A DNA stretch of 60,283 bases, filler included, from Sluysia triapertura (Eukaryota), in the NCBI GenBank assembly GCA_046118255.1. It is 4 parts of 4 records of this genome, joined end to end, with 100 filler letters (N's around TTAATTAATTAA, not from the genome) between each part and the next. Parts side by side here need not be neighbours in the genome. Positions count along the whole stretch, not along the records: positions 14,094 to 34,051 come from JBJNIA010041022.1; positions 34,152 to 44,987 come from JBJNIA010192861.1; 2 more parts are not named here. One strand, 5' to 3'. How positions within the stretch are numbered: the stretch's first letter is position 1; the number at the start of each line of letters is the position of its first letter. The notes beneath the pieces are model-generated. The model made no database searches and had not been told where the DNA came from. It was given only the letters and a program-made list of their open reading frames with translations. The position numbers were made by a program, and so were the translations under genes. Below are positions 26,827 through 40,923 of this stretch, piece after piece.

Positions 26827-27661
26827 GTTTGTTTTTATTATTTTATTTATTATTATTTTTTATTGACCATGCTTAACGACTAGAGTATTTCTCATTTTAG
26901 TAATTATAAACATTAAAATTGCCAAAATGTGTTTATTTGCAGTTGCGACCTAAAAAGGCTAATAAAATAATTCAAATTTTAATCTAAATATTAAAATTTT
27001 GGTGATATTTGTCCAATATTTTATGTTTTTAAGTGACAATAAAAAGTGATACGAAATTTTAATCTTAAACAAAAAATTATCTAAGAATATTTACAATTTA
27101 TGAAAAGTGAAAAATAAAGAATATAAAGAAGGTTGTGAATGGAATTTGCACTGAAATATTGTAAAAAATCTTGTCGACCAAACCGGTTCATTGGACCCTA
27201 TGTAATTTAAATATTTAAATATTTTCTACTAAAATTTTAAATGAAACTTTTAAATGTCTGGAAAATATATATTTATACTTATTTGATTTATGGATCTAAT
27301 GGATCTGATAGATTAATGTAATTATTAAACTATATTTTTTAAAAATAGAAAATATATTTATTTTAATATTCGTTTTTTCTTTCCTATTTTAATAAAATCG
27401 TGTTTCTTTCTGTTTAATCCATAACCATACCTATTTGCTAATTAAGTATTGTGAGTTCTAGTCCATGTTCTTAATATTTTATTTTTATATTCTTTTGTTT
27501 TTTCTTGATATAAGAAAATTTTGACATTACCAAGATATTTATTTTAATTTTATATTTAATTTTAATTTACTATAAAAATTATTCTCAGTGTATAAGCTAG
27601 TCATCTTGAATGAGTATAAAAATTAAATGTGCAAAACATCCACATTTATTTTTTCTGGTTA

Positions 27662-27727
<66 letters not shown>

Positions 27728-30477
27728 GACTAATAATTTTGTGTCTGATAAAGGGTATGTACAATGGAAACCAGTTTGTTATTTGAATGATACGTTAGAT
27801 CTTAATTCTATATCAGTGGCTAAAGATAATTATTCAAATAGTACAAATACTGAAGGAATTGCATTACTTAATTCTTCTGTTGCTTATGCATTTTATGATG
27901 ATATCAAACACACGGGTTTCGTAAGTATATCATTCGGAACATCAAATGATGGTTTTTATCTGAAGAAGAACTATACAGTTTGGTAAGTAACATTAATTTT
28001 CTTAATTTTTTTATTTTTGTTAAAAGAAGATATTTTGAAGCTACAAAGTAATTAAGTCAAATATTGAGTTTATGATGAGTTTATTGTGATGAAACATTCT
28101 TTATCCAAAATAGAAACAATTCAAAAAGTCAAATTGATTCAATATTTAATCATATTAGAAAAATATCGGTTTTTTCAATAATTGTAGGTGAACAATAAGA
28201 ATCTTTAATGATTTTATTTTTTTCAATAAAAATTTCCTAAATCAAGAAAGAAACTAGAGAAATTTAAACTCAGACTAAGAAAAAAATTGAATTCTAATCA
28301 AAAATTCAATAAACGTATTATTTAAATTTAATGGATTTTTAATTAATATAAGTCTCAGAACTATGTACTACTATGTGATAGGTTAATAAGGGCTATGTGC
28401 TTCGTGATGGGTTTTTTTTAATAAGAAAAATCCATTTCTTAACATGACCTTTTTATGTCAACGTCGCTCATTGTGATGACATAACATAAAATTGTTAATT
28501 TTTACTGTTTTATTCAATATTGTTAAAATTTCTGATACGCTAACTGCTAATGAAACTGGAATTAACAACTTTGAAACGAGAACTACAGGTCTTTTGCGGT
28601 TGATTTTAACAATTATTGGCAGTTGCGGTGTGCAGGTATTCTTATGGTTACATTTAAAAGAAAAATTTAAGGAATAATTTCCTAGTAAAAATAAAAGGGA
28701 AAGGATGACACGAAAATATTAGCTAACTCGAAAAAGTTCAAAATCGTGAAATTATTCAAACCTATCTGTAATTTCTGTTTTTTTAACAAAAGTAATACAC
28801 CAACTAGATTTAACTATAAATACATCTTTGAAATTATTAATGAAAATTGGATAATCTACAACAAATAATAAAATGAGACGTGAAACTTAGGCTAATTTAT
28901 GTAATTGGATTGTTAATTGTTGGGGCAAAATTACTGCCCAGTGTATTCAATACGGATTTAAATGTGCAAAATTAAGGAAAATAATGAAAGAGTAGAACTT
29001 GATAAAGACGATACTGAAAGTGAAGTAAAATGATCTTATTGAACATGTGGTTAAAAATATGCTCATCTTAAATCATTTAATATTATAGGTTTTTTATTTT
29101 GCAGTAAAGTTATGGAATTATTGTTAAACGGATTATTTTATGATTGTATTGAATTCCAATAATTCGGCAACAAATGAAATTTATTTGCTAAAACACAAAG
29201 GTTTATTCAATATAATTACTGACACATTCGACACATCTAGGAACCTTAATTAATCAACAGATTATATAACATTTAAGTAAACAAACATATACATAACTTT
29301 TGTACATGCTTGAGCTGGCATTTTTATTTTTTAAAAGTATTTATATACCAGTTTGAACTGGTCAATGTTACTGTTAACTTTTAGAATTACTTTGAATTGC
29401 GGGAATTGGTGGATTAAGTTAGGCACTTGCGCTTACTGAATCACCTAATTCATGTAATTGTTGAGTATTACAACATTATCAATATGTACGTTAAAAATTA
29501 ATATTTAGCATATTATTATATTAATAATAAAGTGCAGTATTAGATTGTGATTGTATTAAGTGTATTAGATATGAATATTTAATTATAATTATTGAAACTT
29601 ATTCATGTTAAACGATATCTATGAAGAAACTTTTAATATAATTAAAAGATTATATAAACGATAACAGATCATAAATGCTTTTGAAGTTTAATTATTAAAA
29701 ATCCAGAAAAAAGAAGTTATAATTATATATTATAATATAATTGAACATTGTACAATTTACGAAAGACCATTAAATACTTTAATTTCATTATCTTAACAGG
29801 AAATAAAGGTACTTACCAACATAATTAAGGAGTATTTTATTTTACATTTAAAAATTTAATTGAAACATCTTTCAAAGCGTAGTTTCACTTATTGAATTAA
29901 GAATAATAAAATAAGACTTAGCTCCGAAAATGGTTCCATCAAAACTGTTACCTTTTTATTATATCTATACTTATTAATTATTACATAAAATGGTTTTCTT
30001 TATAAATTAATGTTTTAAACACTTTGTTTAACTCAAGCATGTTTATTATGCAAACAAACAATCCTATTTTTAGAAATGTAGTATAATTTTATCACCGACT
30101 TATTTCGAATTTGAAACAATAAAATTTTTTATTGTTTTCTTGATATACCACATGATTTAGATTTTCTGGTTATGATTTCCAAAACAAAAAATTTCTAGAA
30201 ATAAAAAATCGTGGTATAGATTTCATAGTATTATAATTACGTTCGCATTTTTTCTAACATGCTATTTAATAACAGAAATTTATTTTTATTATTTCTTAGG
30301 GATGCTACTTTTGGATATGGAGAACCACCAACATATCCGATGTCAACAAAAATTATATTAATTATTGGTTTCGGTCTTGGTTTACCAATAATTCTTATAA
30401 TTATCGGAAGTGTTTATCTCTTCTTCCGGAAACTGTTTAGGAAGGAAAAATGTGGACAATATGAAGTTATCAATTAA
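26611..30477 (+). CDS. GLMP: Glycosylated lysosomal membrane protein (GLMP/NCU-G1/C1orf85), last three exons (26611-26826, 27729-27982, 30300-30477); 5' exons unresolved
   Basis: KSLDDEQSPGVFQ|TNNFVSDKGYVQWKPV...SFGTSNDGFY...W|DATFGYGEPP, a single TM helix (IILIIGFGLGLPIILIIIGSVYLFF) and C-terminal YEVIN* (YxxPhi lysosomal signal); phases 0 and 2 are consistent. Confidence 0.92.
27664..27725. repeat. (ATT)n microsatellite abutting a GLMP splice acceptor
   Basis: Direct reading; produces the spurious poly-Ile in ORF 27627..27986. Confidence 0.95.
27729..27982 (+). CDS. GLMP: GLMP exon
   Basis: aag|ACT directly after (ATT)n; GYVQWKPV; TG|gtaagt donor. Confidence 0.9.
28390..29000 (+). mobile_element. 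Decayed pogo/Tigger-type (POGK-like) DDE transposase in a GLMP intron
   Basis: Fragments ETGINNFETRTTG, QLDLTINTSLK (QPLD motif) and KMRRET*ANLCNWIVNCWGKITAQCIQYGFKCAK. Confidence 0.75.
30300..30477 (+). CDS. GLMP: GLMP last exon (TM helix and lysosomal sorting tail)
   Basis: ttcttag|G GAT; GYGEPP; YEVIN*. Confidence 0.92.
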
Positions 30478-33400
30478 TTTCTATACAATACTGGTGATTC
30501 AAATTAATACTTGATGATTTATTTAATATTTTCTATTCTTTTATATATTGTAAGATTAATATCATTTCAAGATTTAGTCTAAATTATCTTATCATTTTTT
30601 GAAGTATTTTAATGAATTCTATTCAAAGTAATTTTAATTAATTCTTTAATTCGTTTTATTACAGAATTGTATTAAATATTTTTTCAGTGTAACTATTTTT
30701 TATTAGAACTATAGTATTTTTTTAAGTATTTTTTTTCTAAAGCGCATTCTGACAGAAAATCATAAATCAAGTCTAAAAAATAAGGTTTTAAAATGAATTA
30801 TTAAATTATACTACAGGTATATAAAATCGTTGATTTGTGTTTAACTTGAATTTGATAAATACCAAAAATGTTTTTAATCTGGATTTGTTTTTATGTAATT
30901 GATAATTTATTTCTGATTTCAAAAACTGATTATACTCGTTATATATTATTTATTAATTTGCAGTTATGTTTTACATATAATATGTGAATCTAGAATTTTG
31001 CCATAGTTTTTATATCCAAAATGTAGCAACTGTTTCTTTAATATTCAGTTATTTTTAGCACTTTACACATTCGCTTCGGGCTATTTTTCCTAAAACTTTC
31101 ACATAAATCTGGGTATTTTAATATTATATAAAGATATTTAAGCATATATTAAAACTGCGATAATTATTTTGTAATTAATGTATTTTATTGAAATTTATTG
31201 TAAATTTAAATATAAATCCTCGTTACATAAGAGTTTATCAGGATAGAATACACAAATTACAAAACGAGAATTCTCGTTTCCCTATGATAATGTGTTAATG
31301 CTGATAATTTAAATTTGATTGATACATCAGGCTATATTAACACCAATAATTTAATCATTAAATTTTTTACTCAAGTTCCTTTTTCTATTGATTATTTTTA
31401 CCTTGGTAGATTCTAAAATGCGATGAATAATTAAGAAACATGTGCATACTGTCTCACAAGCTACGTTTTGAAATTTGTATTTAATGAGGATAATTGTTCG
31501 AATACAAAATTATTAATAATTAAGTTTAAAATTTTATGATTTTATAAATAAATGTTTTAATTTTTTTATTTGTTTCGGGTTATTTATATTGAATATTTAT
31601 AAGCATCGGTAAACAACTGTTGTAAAGCTTCATTAATTATTTTGCTTGCATTCAACAAAACATATAAATATTAGAATGTCTATCGGAAATGAGCAATTAT
31701 AAATCAAATTTTTGTCGATTTAATTCAAGTTTGCTAAATTGTCATCCTGCATGTCACAATGTGACTCAATTCTATTCTATATAATTTTTATTCTTGAATC
31801 CTTTTATTAATACAATTGTGGCAAGAAATTATAAAGTTTGCCTCACCAAAAAATGTTGGACACAGATGATTTAGGAGTTCATTTTTAAATGGAAACTTAT
31901 AATTTCTTTCTATTTTGAATAATTCTTTTCAGTTGAGAGTTTAATGATAACAAATATTGATTAAGGTAAAATATGTCAAAATTTATGCATTGCTCGGATA
32001 GTTTTTCTTTAAACAAGTTTTATAGTGCAAATTAAAAATTGTTATAATAATTTTAATGATTATTACGTTACAGAAGTAAATTAAATTAATTTAACGAGAC
32101 TTTTTAAACACATTAAAAAATACATGTACTTTTGAAACTGAATTTGCATTACATTACGGATAAAATGACTGACAGAATAATATCAAATTGAACTTTATCA
32201 ATATAAAACAATTTATTCAAAAATATGAGACACGTATCCGAGACATCTACAAGCTATTTTAAACGAATAATATATTCACTTGAACTAATATAGAGAAATG
32301 ATTTATGATTTTATCAAGCAATTTATAATGAAATGAAATATTTATTCTTTAATTTCAGCGAGAAGAATCTTGTAAACATTCTAAAACCATCATTTAGTTT
32401 TGTGGTATGAATTAATTGTGTAATTTGAGTAATCGATCTTCCATAGTGAATTTATATTTGAATGAATATAAACAAGTTTTATAAATTCATATCAAATGAT
32501 AAAAAATTATCATCACATGACCTTATTTAAAGTTCAATTATCACGTTTTATTACAACCTTTACATCTTAGAACTTATGAAATTTAATAATCAGGAAAATA
32601 TTGAAAATACAAAATAAGTAATAATAGCGTAATTTAATTGAAAAATTAAATTTTATATATTGTATTTTCATAATGTCCAAATTTATTTTAAGTGTAAATA
32701 TTATCTAATGGGAAATATCAACTTTATTCAATATCTATAATAAAACAGTACTGAAGTCTATCTACTACATGAAGATAACTTAGAAATAATTATATTTAGT
32801 TAATTTAATGAGTTTTAGTTTGTGTGATAATCTAGTACCGAAGTAAAACTAATTAGACGACACTTTTGCAAGTATGTGGAATGTAGCCTTATAGGATTTA
32901 ATAATATTCACTTATGCGACTGAACTGAAGGCCTAACTCTTAAATTACTGGTAAGTATATCTACTTCGTGGTTTTTAATTTTCATTTGCTCTTTGGCTAC
33001 TTTTCTAAGCGTTAGCATATTTAAAGTACTTTAAATTTTGTACATTTTACTCTATAATTTTTTATATACTTAATTTCTTAAATTATGATTAATTTAATTG
33101 GAGAATGTTTTTTCACGTGAACATTCTTTATGTGTACAGATGTTTACGACAGCTACTGCTACTAGACTTCATTATTATATTTATTAAGACTACTTTAATT
33201 TTGATAGGTTTAGTATAAATGATTTATGACTTGCACAGCTTAAGAATCAGTCTGAATTATGATGGTTCAGTGTTTATGTATGCAAAAAACACTAAATTAG
33301 TAGTGTTTATTAATTATAAATTGATATAAATTTTACGGAGGGCATAATTGGTATAGGATTTACAGAGGTATTCACAAATGTACTTCACATTATTATTGCA

Positions 33401-33689
33401 AATATTTCCTACGTAGAGAACTTAATTTATCCTTACAAAAATGTCTGGAGGCTATGTCCATCTAATAAGCACGATTTATATCTACAAGGAAGACACTATT
33501 AGGATTTTTAAACATGTATTACTTTGGCAATCACTTAATCGTGCAATTTAGATATACTTATGTTGGGATTGCCCAACTATGGATCTGGAAATAAATGAAA
33601 ATATATAAAATCATAAAATGAGGGAAAAACTGATACAAGTGATGGATTGAACATTATATACATTGTTGAAATAAGAATCATGAATGAGA

Positions 33690-34051
33690 AAACATTTATA
33701 ATAATCTTAACAGTTAAAGAATATCTTAAGGTTTTAAAGACCTATGTAAGGGTTTGAGACCTTAAGGAAGTTTGAGATGGACTTGAAAGGCATTTAGAAG
33801 CATTAAGGTACCTTTAGAACTTTAGAACATTTAGGTCAATTAAGATCTAAGCATCTAAGATCTTCAAGAAATATCGTAAAGTGTATAAAATCTTTGAAAT
33901 GATTGTAAAATAAAATCTTTGCTCAAAATAATAAAGATAAGTTTAGCATAGTAATAATTAACATGAAGAAATAGAAAAGGAATCAGAGAGGTGAAGGTGA
34001 AAACACCCAGAGCCTCCTGAATGCCTTATAAACTATCAAATAACTTTAAAA
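33690..34051 (-). repeat. Dispersed repeat family A, inverted copy at a contig end
   Basis: Reverse complement aligns with 16860-17200 and 1073-1125. Confidence 0.7.
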
Positions 34052-34151
34052 NNNNNNNNNNNNNNNNNNNNNNNNNNNNNNNNNNNNNNNNNNNNTTAAT
34101 TAATTAANNNNNNNNNNNNNNNNNNNNNNNNNNNNNNNNNNNNNNNNNNNN
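34052..34151. other. Assembly spacer (44 N + TTAATTAATTAA + 44 N)
   Basis: Direct reading. Confidence 0.98.
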
Positions 34152-35974
34152 TACAGAATTTCACAATAGTCAATTGCTGAAAATTAATAATTCTACTTCG
34201 AGTTTATTCCATGAAAGTAAGTTTATTATTTTTAAGTTTCATAATCTTCTCATTGTAAAAAGGGAGAAGTAAAATCATACTTAAACTCATTTTTTAACTT
34301 TGCTTATACCGTAATACGGATAAGTTAAAATCAAATCAAAATATTCAAACTAAATTCTCTGAATTTAAGTCATTAAATTTATTATCGATATTATACGTTG
34401 AATATCCTATTGTTAATATTTGTCCTTTGTTCTTTTGGTAAATAAAACTTTTAAGTTACTAGAGTTGTCTTTTATTATTATTAGAGATTAAAATCAGGCT
34501 AGTTCAAAATCATAAAATCATATTAAAAGTATTAGACCGTAAAAAATTAAAACAATTAGACCGTAACCGGCTAATTTAATATATTATTTTTTAACAAGTT
34601 AGACCGTAAAAAAGCTAACTAAAAATCACTTAAATTTATTATAATTAAAAGTGTCAGAGCAACACCAAAATCTTTGTAGGTGCTACTTATTATCGATACG
34701 TGACTCTTTCTTAGTCAATTTTCTCTCTGTAAATCCTAACAGGCCTCTGTCGTTCAGATTTAAGTCGTTTTCTGTTAGGCGAACTCTCTCCAGGTTACTA
34801 TTTGCATCGAAGTTAGGTGAAAACATATTTGCAAGAATATATCACTTTGTAATTTAATCTTCTTTTGTTAACAGAATAAGAGCTAAAGGTTAGAGAACCA
34901 GGAGATATGTAAATTTAAGATAAATTATAAAGAGATATTGAAAAAGGGGTATAAGCATATAAGCTATCAGTAAAGCAATTTTAAACTTAAATTTATTAAG
35001 TGTTTTTTGAGTTTTTTAATAACTGTAGAAGTTAAACCTGCTATTAATTGCAGTAAGAAGTTAAGGAGTTTTTACCTAGTTTTTATTGACATTTGACATC
35101 TTGTGAGTACGTCTTCCTCGAGATATAAAACGTGCATCACAAGCGGACCCAGATAATTTTTATAATTGTTCTAGTAATAATATAAAATCTCAACAATTTG
35201 ATTCAAATATTTTTCTCACAAAATGGTGGTATATTATTGAAATAACGTTGTGCCCACACTTTAAAAGCAGAAACGATTATGCAAAGCATAATCCTTATTT
35301 AATCCTCTAAAACAATAGGTAACATGACCTGCTTTCAGAAATACGAGTGGGACCGGTTGGTGATGATAGCAGTTTGCTAACGTTATTTTTAATTAACAGA
35401 TAGCAGAATACCAAATAGCATAACATCTCTAGTGCACATGTATAATTGCTTTACGAATTTGTAAGTATATTTGCTTTGAAATTTTATTCTTGCTGATTAT
35501 TCTACATCAAGAACGGTAAATTATGGAATTAGATGATGGAATTACTTGAATTGTTAAAAAACAACAAAAAATATCCAAAGAAAAAATAAAACTTTGTTAG
35601 TATCACATAATATATATCTGAATAATATGTGAAAATATCAAAATTTTTCTGCTATTAAAATTGTCCAGAATGAAGTAGACCCATTATAGTATTAATAGAA
35701 TACTTAGTAATAATTGACATATAATTTTGTGTGTTGGTCTATAACAGAAAATAATATGTGAATACTAGTTGGCAAAAGTTTGACGATCTAAGTATACAAC
35801 TTTATAACCCAAGACCAATAAGGTATATTAAAGTAATATCAACTATTTATTATAGTGAATACTTACAATTAGTAATCAGTACTGAATTAGTCATTTTATT
35901 TATTTAAAGAAAAACAAACACGATAAAGTTAAATCTACAACTCATACACTGTTCCTGACATTGTCATTATAATA

Positions 35975-36190
35975 CAGGGTTTACACCATTATTTCAATTT
36001 CATCAATCCTTATTTCAATTTTATCAATCCTTATTTCAATTTTATCAACCATTATTTCAATTTTGCCACATTTCAATACAAAATAATAATTAAATTTTAC
36101 AAAATTTAAATTAAAGTTTTAAATTAACAATAAATGAAATAAGAATCAATAAAATTTAATTATAACAAAATTGAAATAAGGGTGGAAACC
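35975..36190. mobile_element. MITE-like element, about 215 bp, with ~23-bp TIRs and internal ~21-bp subrepeats
   Basis: Left ggtttacaccattatttcaattt versus reverse complement of right end ggtttccacccttatttcaattt; begins TA|CAGGG; ttatttcaattttatcaatcc repeated about 3 times. Confidence 0.65.
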
Positions 36191-36601
36191 AAATAAAGTG
36201 AAGATAATTATTTTAGTGCCATATTTGAAAGTTGTCGTTAATACTTGTGCGTTGTAGAGTTAGTAGTGTTTGCTCCAAATTGTATGTTTAAATGTCAATA
36301 AATTTGAAATTAATTGAAATAAATTATGTAACTTTTAATTATTTGAATTGTAGTTTACGCTTATTAATATTCGTACAAATCCAGATTTAATACACTATTA
36401 TTATTATTATTATTATTACTATGATTATGATTATTATTATTATTCATTAGAATTTATTTAATATTTCTTATGTTTCTTCAAATTATTTTACATTGTTCCA
36501 CGGTGGGACAGCTAACATTTGATCATTTATAGTTGGGTTTGTGTTGCGTCTTAATAGATTTGTTTGGGTTTTGAAATAATGATAGAAATTATAGTCTAGA
36601 T

Positions 36602-36760
36602 CAGTGTTTCTCAACCATTTTACCCGCGACCCAATGAAGGAATGCTAATTAGCGTTTTGATCGTATAAATTAATATTTTCGTCTGTGGTTTATATTTATA
36701 TAATATATATTATATTATTTATACTAAGCCGCGAGTCCGCGACCCGTGGTCGCGATGAAA
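36602..36760. mobile_element. hAT/Charlie-like terminal fragment
   Basis: CAGTGTTTCTCAACC terminus with ccgcgaccc subterminal motifs. Confidence 0.5.
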
Positions 36761-37599
36761 TGTAAACTTATGGCTATTATGAGATTGCTCTTTGTTATTA
36801 TGTTTAAATTTCGCAGTATGGTAAAATTATGAAAGTAATTATACAACATTGAGGTGGTAGTAAATGTTCGAATAATTATTTTCTTTATCATCGTCGTCCA
36901 AATAGGGTTTGTTATCGTACGGGTCTTCAATTTGGTATTTCTCATTTCCATTAATATCCGAATTTGAAATTTCTTTGTTTCATCAAGATAGCGATCCAAT
37001 TTCGTAATTTATCTCTGGCAATAATTGTTTGCCTACAGAAAGGCAATTTTCTCCGATCCGAAGAAGCATCGAAATTTTATTTGTTGTTTTGTTCTTCTGC
37101 AGGATGTAGATTTTCCAACTTTTTCTAAGTAGTAATATGGAATTACTATGTTGAAGTAAAGGTCGTGGTCGAGTCATAATTGTCATATGTTGCAATAGCA
37201 CGATATAGCTTCATAGTCAGCACATAGGATTGAAAGTTGAGTTTGTTTTTATTGGGCTACTTATGTGTCGTGTCAAAGTAAACGTTGCCTAAATTGTTTT
37301 GTGTGGAGAGGGCTTTTTAACTTTTTGTTTTAGAAATTTATTATAAATATTTAACTTTATTTTTTTTATTTTTAAATTTATATTAGAAAAGTTAAAAAAT
37401 TTGCTTAACAAAAAACAATTTAAATTTAACTTTAAAACAATTAATAAAGTAGGCTTAAGGCCTTTAATAAATAACAAATTGAACAAATAACAAAGGTTGA
37501 ATTTATTTTTCAACACAACATTTGGAAAAATATAAGTAACATTAATAGACAAAATTATTGAATGTTTACTAACTATATTTTTGGAATTTATTTTTTCGA

Positions 37600-38880
37600 A
37601 TACTGGATTTGCACCACATACATATATCTTATTATCAAGAGTAGAGCCGCAGATGAGCGATTGCGTTTAAATAATAATAGTGCTACATATTCCCAACGAT
37701 TTGTTTTATTATTACGTCTTTCCAGACTGGATAAAGTTTCCCAAGCGTATATTTGATTGTTTAAAACGACAGACACAAAAAAGAAACGACATTCTTGCAT
37801 TGGTGTTGATGGTGACCATTGAAGAATATGCAGTGAAAACTTAACTACTGATGGTGTTGGTAAAAACTTTCCGCACAGTCTAAGTAGCGTGTAAAAATAA
37901 TCGTCTACTGCGACTGTTTCAAAAAAACTCGTCCAGTTGGTATATTATAGTAACGCGGCAAAATTGACCAAGTCTCGTCACGATTATCATACACTTTGAT
38001 TTTACGATAGGGTGAACATAACATACTTCGACATGAAAACTAAAATACTTAAATGATGTGCTTCAGGTAAAACACGCACACCACATTTACTGCGTAAAAT
38101 TTGACACTTGGCTAATAACAGTCATTTTTGAAGAATGTGGCAAATTTTTAACCATATTAATTTTCTTAATTGAATTTATTTCATTTAAAATTAATCCAGC
38201 TAATCTTAAACAGTTGAGTAAAGAAATTAAATGCATTTCACGATTTTTCAAGTCATTTTCAATCCATTTAATAATAGCTTGAAATAAAATAATTTCATTT
38301 TGAATGTTAATTTTATGATCCAGAAAATTTTTTAATTCTTCATAATCCACCATTAAAAATTCAATGTTTTTAGACATTTCAGAAAAATTTTCAGGCATAT
38401 ATATAAATTAACTTTTGACATAATTGATAAATTAAGTCTCTTATCTAGTTTCCAATAATCCCAACAATTATCAATATTAATATTGCTCATTATGAAGTTT
38501 TCTCATGCTTTCAATAACGATTTTACATCATAACGTTTTGCTATATTAATAAGTCTTTCCACATTTTGTTGAATGATTTTTATTTCACCAATATGTACAC
38601 ATCGTAATATAATTTCATCTCGACAAACAGTTTGTAATAAATTCCAAAATGCATTACTAGTTTTAGCTATTTTAAATGCATTTATCATTAATTTTTGTGT
38701 CCCATTAATATATAGCTCTCTAGTTAAGAGACATTGCATATTAAAGTCCAATAAACAATCGAGTTCATAATTTTGTTTGTAATTAATTTCTTTCTGCTTA
38801 CATAAATTATTGATGGACAAATCAATATTTATTAAAATTTTTCTTTGAAATTTTTTTAAGTTTAACCATTTTTTCTCAAT
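37600..38880 (-). pseudogene. Intronless disabled kelch-like gene (BTB-BACK-kelch; kelch repeats most like KLHL10)
   Basis: BTB end GEIKIIQQNVERLINIAKRYDVKSLLKA*ENFIMSNINIDNC; BACK NFSEMSKNIEFL...NEIILFQAIIKWIENDLKNREMHLISLLNCLRL; kelch WSPSTPMQECRFFFVSVVLNNQIYA..SSLER...TNRWEYVA...SSAALLDNKIYVCG. In-frame TGA at 38503-38505 and several frameshifts. Confidence 0.85.
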
Positions 38881-40923
38881 ATATGTATAATTGTTGCATT
38901 TATTTAGTGGTACAATTTTTTTAGCTCATACTAGATCTAAATATACAATTTTTGGGTAAAATAGGTAAACACAAAAAATCGTAGTAGAAATAGTGTTAAA
39001 TTGTACGTTGGTTTGACTTGGTGACGATGATGATACTGATGATGATTCTTGTGACGTATTAAAGAACAAAATTCTAAACTATTTGCCCAACTACTTCCAA
39101 GATTAGTAAAACTGACATTATTTGATTTGTTTTACGACTATGTACTGGATTTACTTCTAATTTTTCATCAATTTCACACGGTGATTGGTCTTTTGGTATT
39201 TCAAGCTTGACACGCGGTAATAGTTTCGGTAATTCAAATGTTACTTCTTTGAATTGTGTTTTAAATGATACTTGATTCTGTTGTATCTTAGGAGATATTA
39301 ATACTACATCTGTTTTTTCGACATATATCTTTTAGACACACGCACATAAATATATACATAAATATACATAAATATATACAAGTTCAGACGAACATAAGAA
39401 TAAGAAGAAAGTTGATGATAAAGATAAAAGAAGTAATAATGATATTACTTCTTACTATATTTTAATATGATTATTTGATGATATTATGATGTTTTTATAA
39501 AAGTTATTTTATGACAATCATATTATATAACAATAATGACAATAATTATTATATATTTTAATACGATTGGATTTGTAATAATAATAGCTATAGTTCATGA
39601 CTAGGTTTATTTATTTAGTTTGTTAAATGTTCTATGTATGTATGACAAGTTTTTATGTGCTATTTTGATATGATTTCTCTACAGTAATTGATTTTTATTT
39701 AAGCAGTAAATTGTTGTGTTGTTGTTATTGATGTGATTTCGAAGAGCTTAATTTTGGGGTGAATAATTATTGATATTAAGTAAGAGAATTACTTAAAATT
39801 ATACTTGATATAGAGACTACTTAAATTATTAAGATTCTTTCTAAGCTAATTAAAATAATATTGAGTTATCATAGCTAGTAATTTTTTAAAGACGCAACAG
39901 TTCTACGTAAATAATATTCAGTATGTTCAATAATTTCAACACCAATAAGTTGAGGAAAGAGAGTTAGAAGAAATAAAATGTGGATAATAACAACACATAC
40001 ATAAATATACACAAATTCATACAAACAAAAGGAATACGATTAATTATGAAAATAACAAAAATCCTTATGATAACAATAACAGAATTATTATATATTTTAA
40101 TATGATGTTGATGATATTGTGATATTATTATAAGAATTATTAAAATAACTATAACTCATTGTGACTGTACATTATGATTGTGTATGTATTTTGTATGAAT
40201 GAGGTAACTTGCTTAGTGTTTTGTTTTTGCATGAGATGGAAGTATGTGATGGTATTGTGTTTGGCTTTAATTCATTCGAGATAGTGCATTAATCTATTCA
40301 ATCGATCATATTTCCGGAGGTTTCAGTTTTTCCTATTTTACTTTTATCACAATGCCTATTCCATTACTTCAGAAAATAAGGCTTTTATGATAAAAGAACA
40401 ACACTAAAATGAATCTTCGCGATTATTTTTTGGTTTGAATTTTTCTGCATTTTCCTCAATTAATAACACGAATTATATAGAAATATAATGCTTTACTACT
40501 GGTCAAAATATGTGGAAATAACCTTTAAAATTCGTATATACATTTTTATACATTATCATTTAACTTAATCTAAAAATAAATACTTTAGATCATCAGCACA
40601 ACTAGTTGAGTGGTTTTATTTTATGATTACCTTCAAATTGCAAATATTAGACAAAATTAATGTTTTAAAAATGTTTTGTAATTTGAATTAACTTTAATAA
40701 ATGCTCGTACGTTTTTCTTGTTGGTTTAAACATTTTATGAAGCAATTATAGGCACAAATTCAATACTTTTTGTGAGATGTTTCAGACTATTTGTCAATTC
40801 TAGATAACACAAAAATATTTATTACTATTTCACAGTTTTTGTATTTATATAATTATAATTATATTTTATATAATTATATTTTGTCAAATTATACAGTTAT
40901 AATATTAAAAATCAATATTTACT

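Noticed and set aside
27627-27728. Poly-isoleucine transmembrane-like N-terminus of ORF 27627..27986
   Set aside because: Intronic (ATT)n microsatellite read in frame
36724-37201. Two minus-strand ORFs next to the hAT-like end
   Set aside because: No recognisable motif; probably decayed TE sequence
38058-38770. Plus-strand ORFs 38058..38282 and 38573..38770
   Set aside because: Antisense shadows of the kelch-like pseudogene
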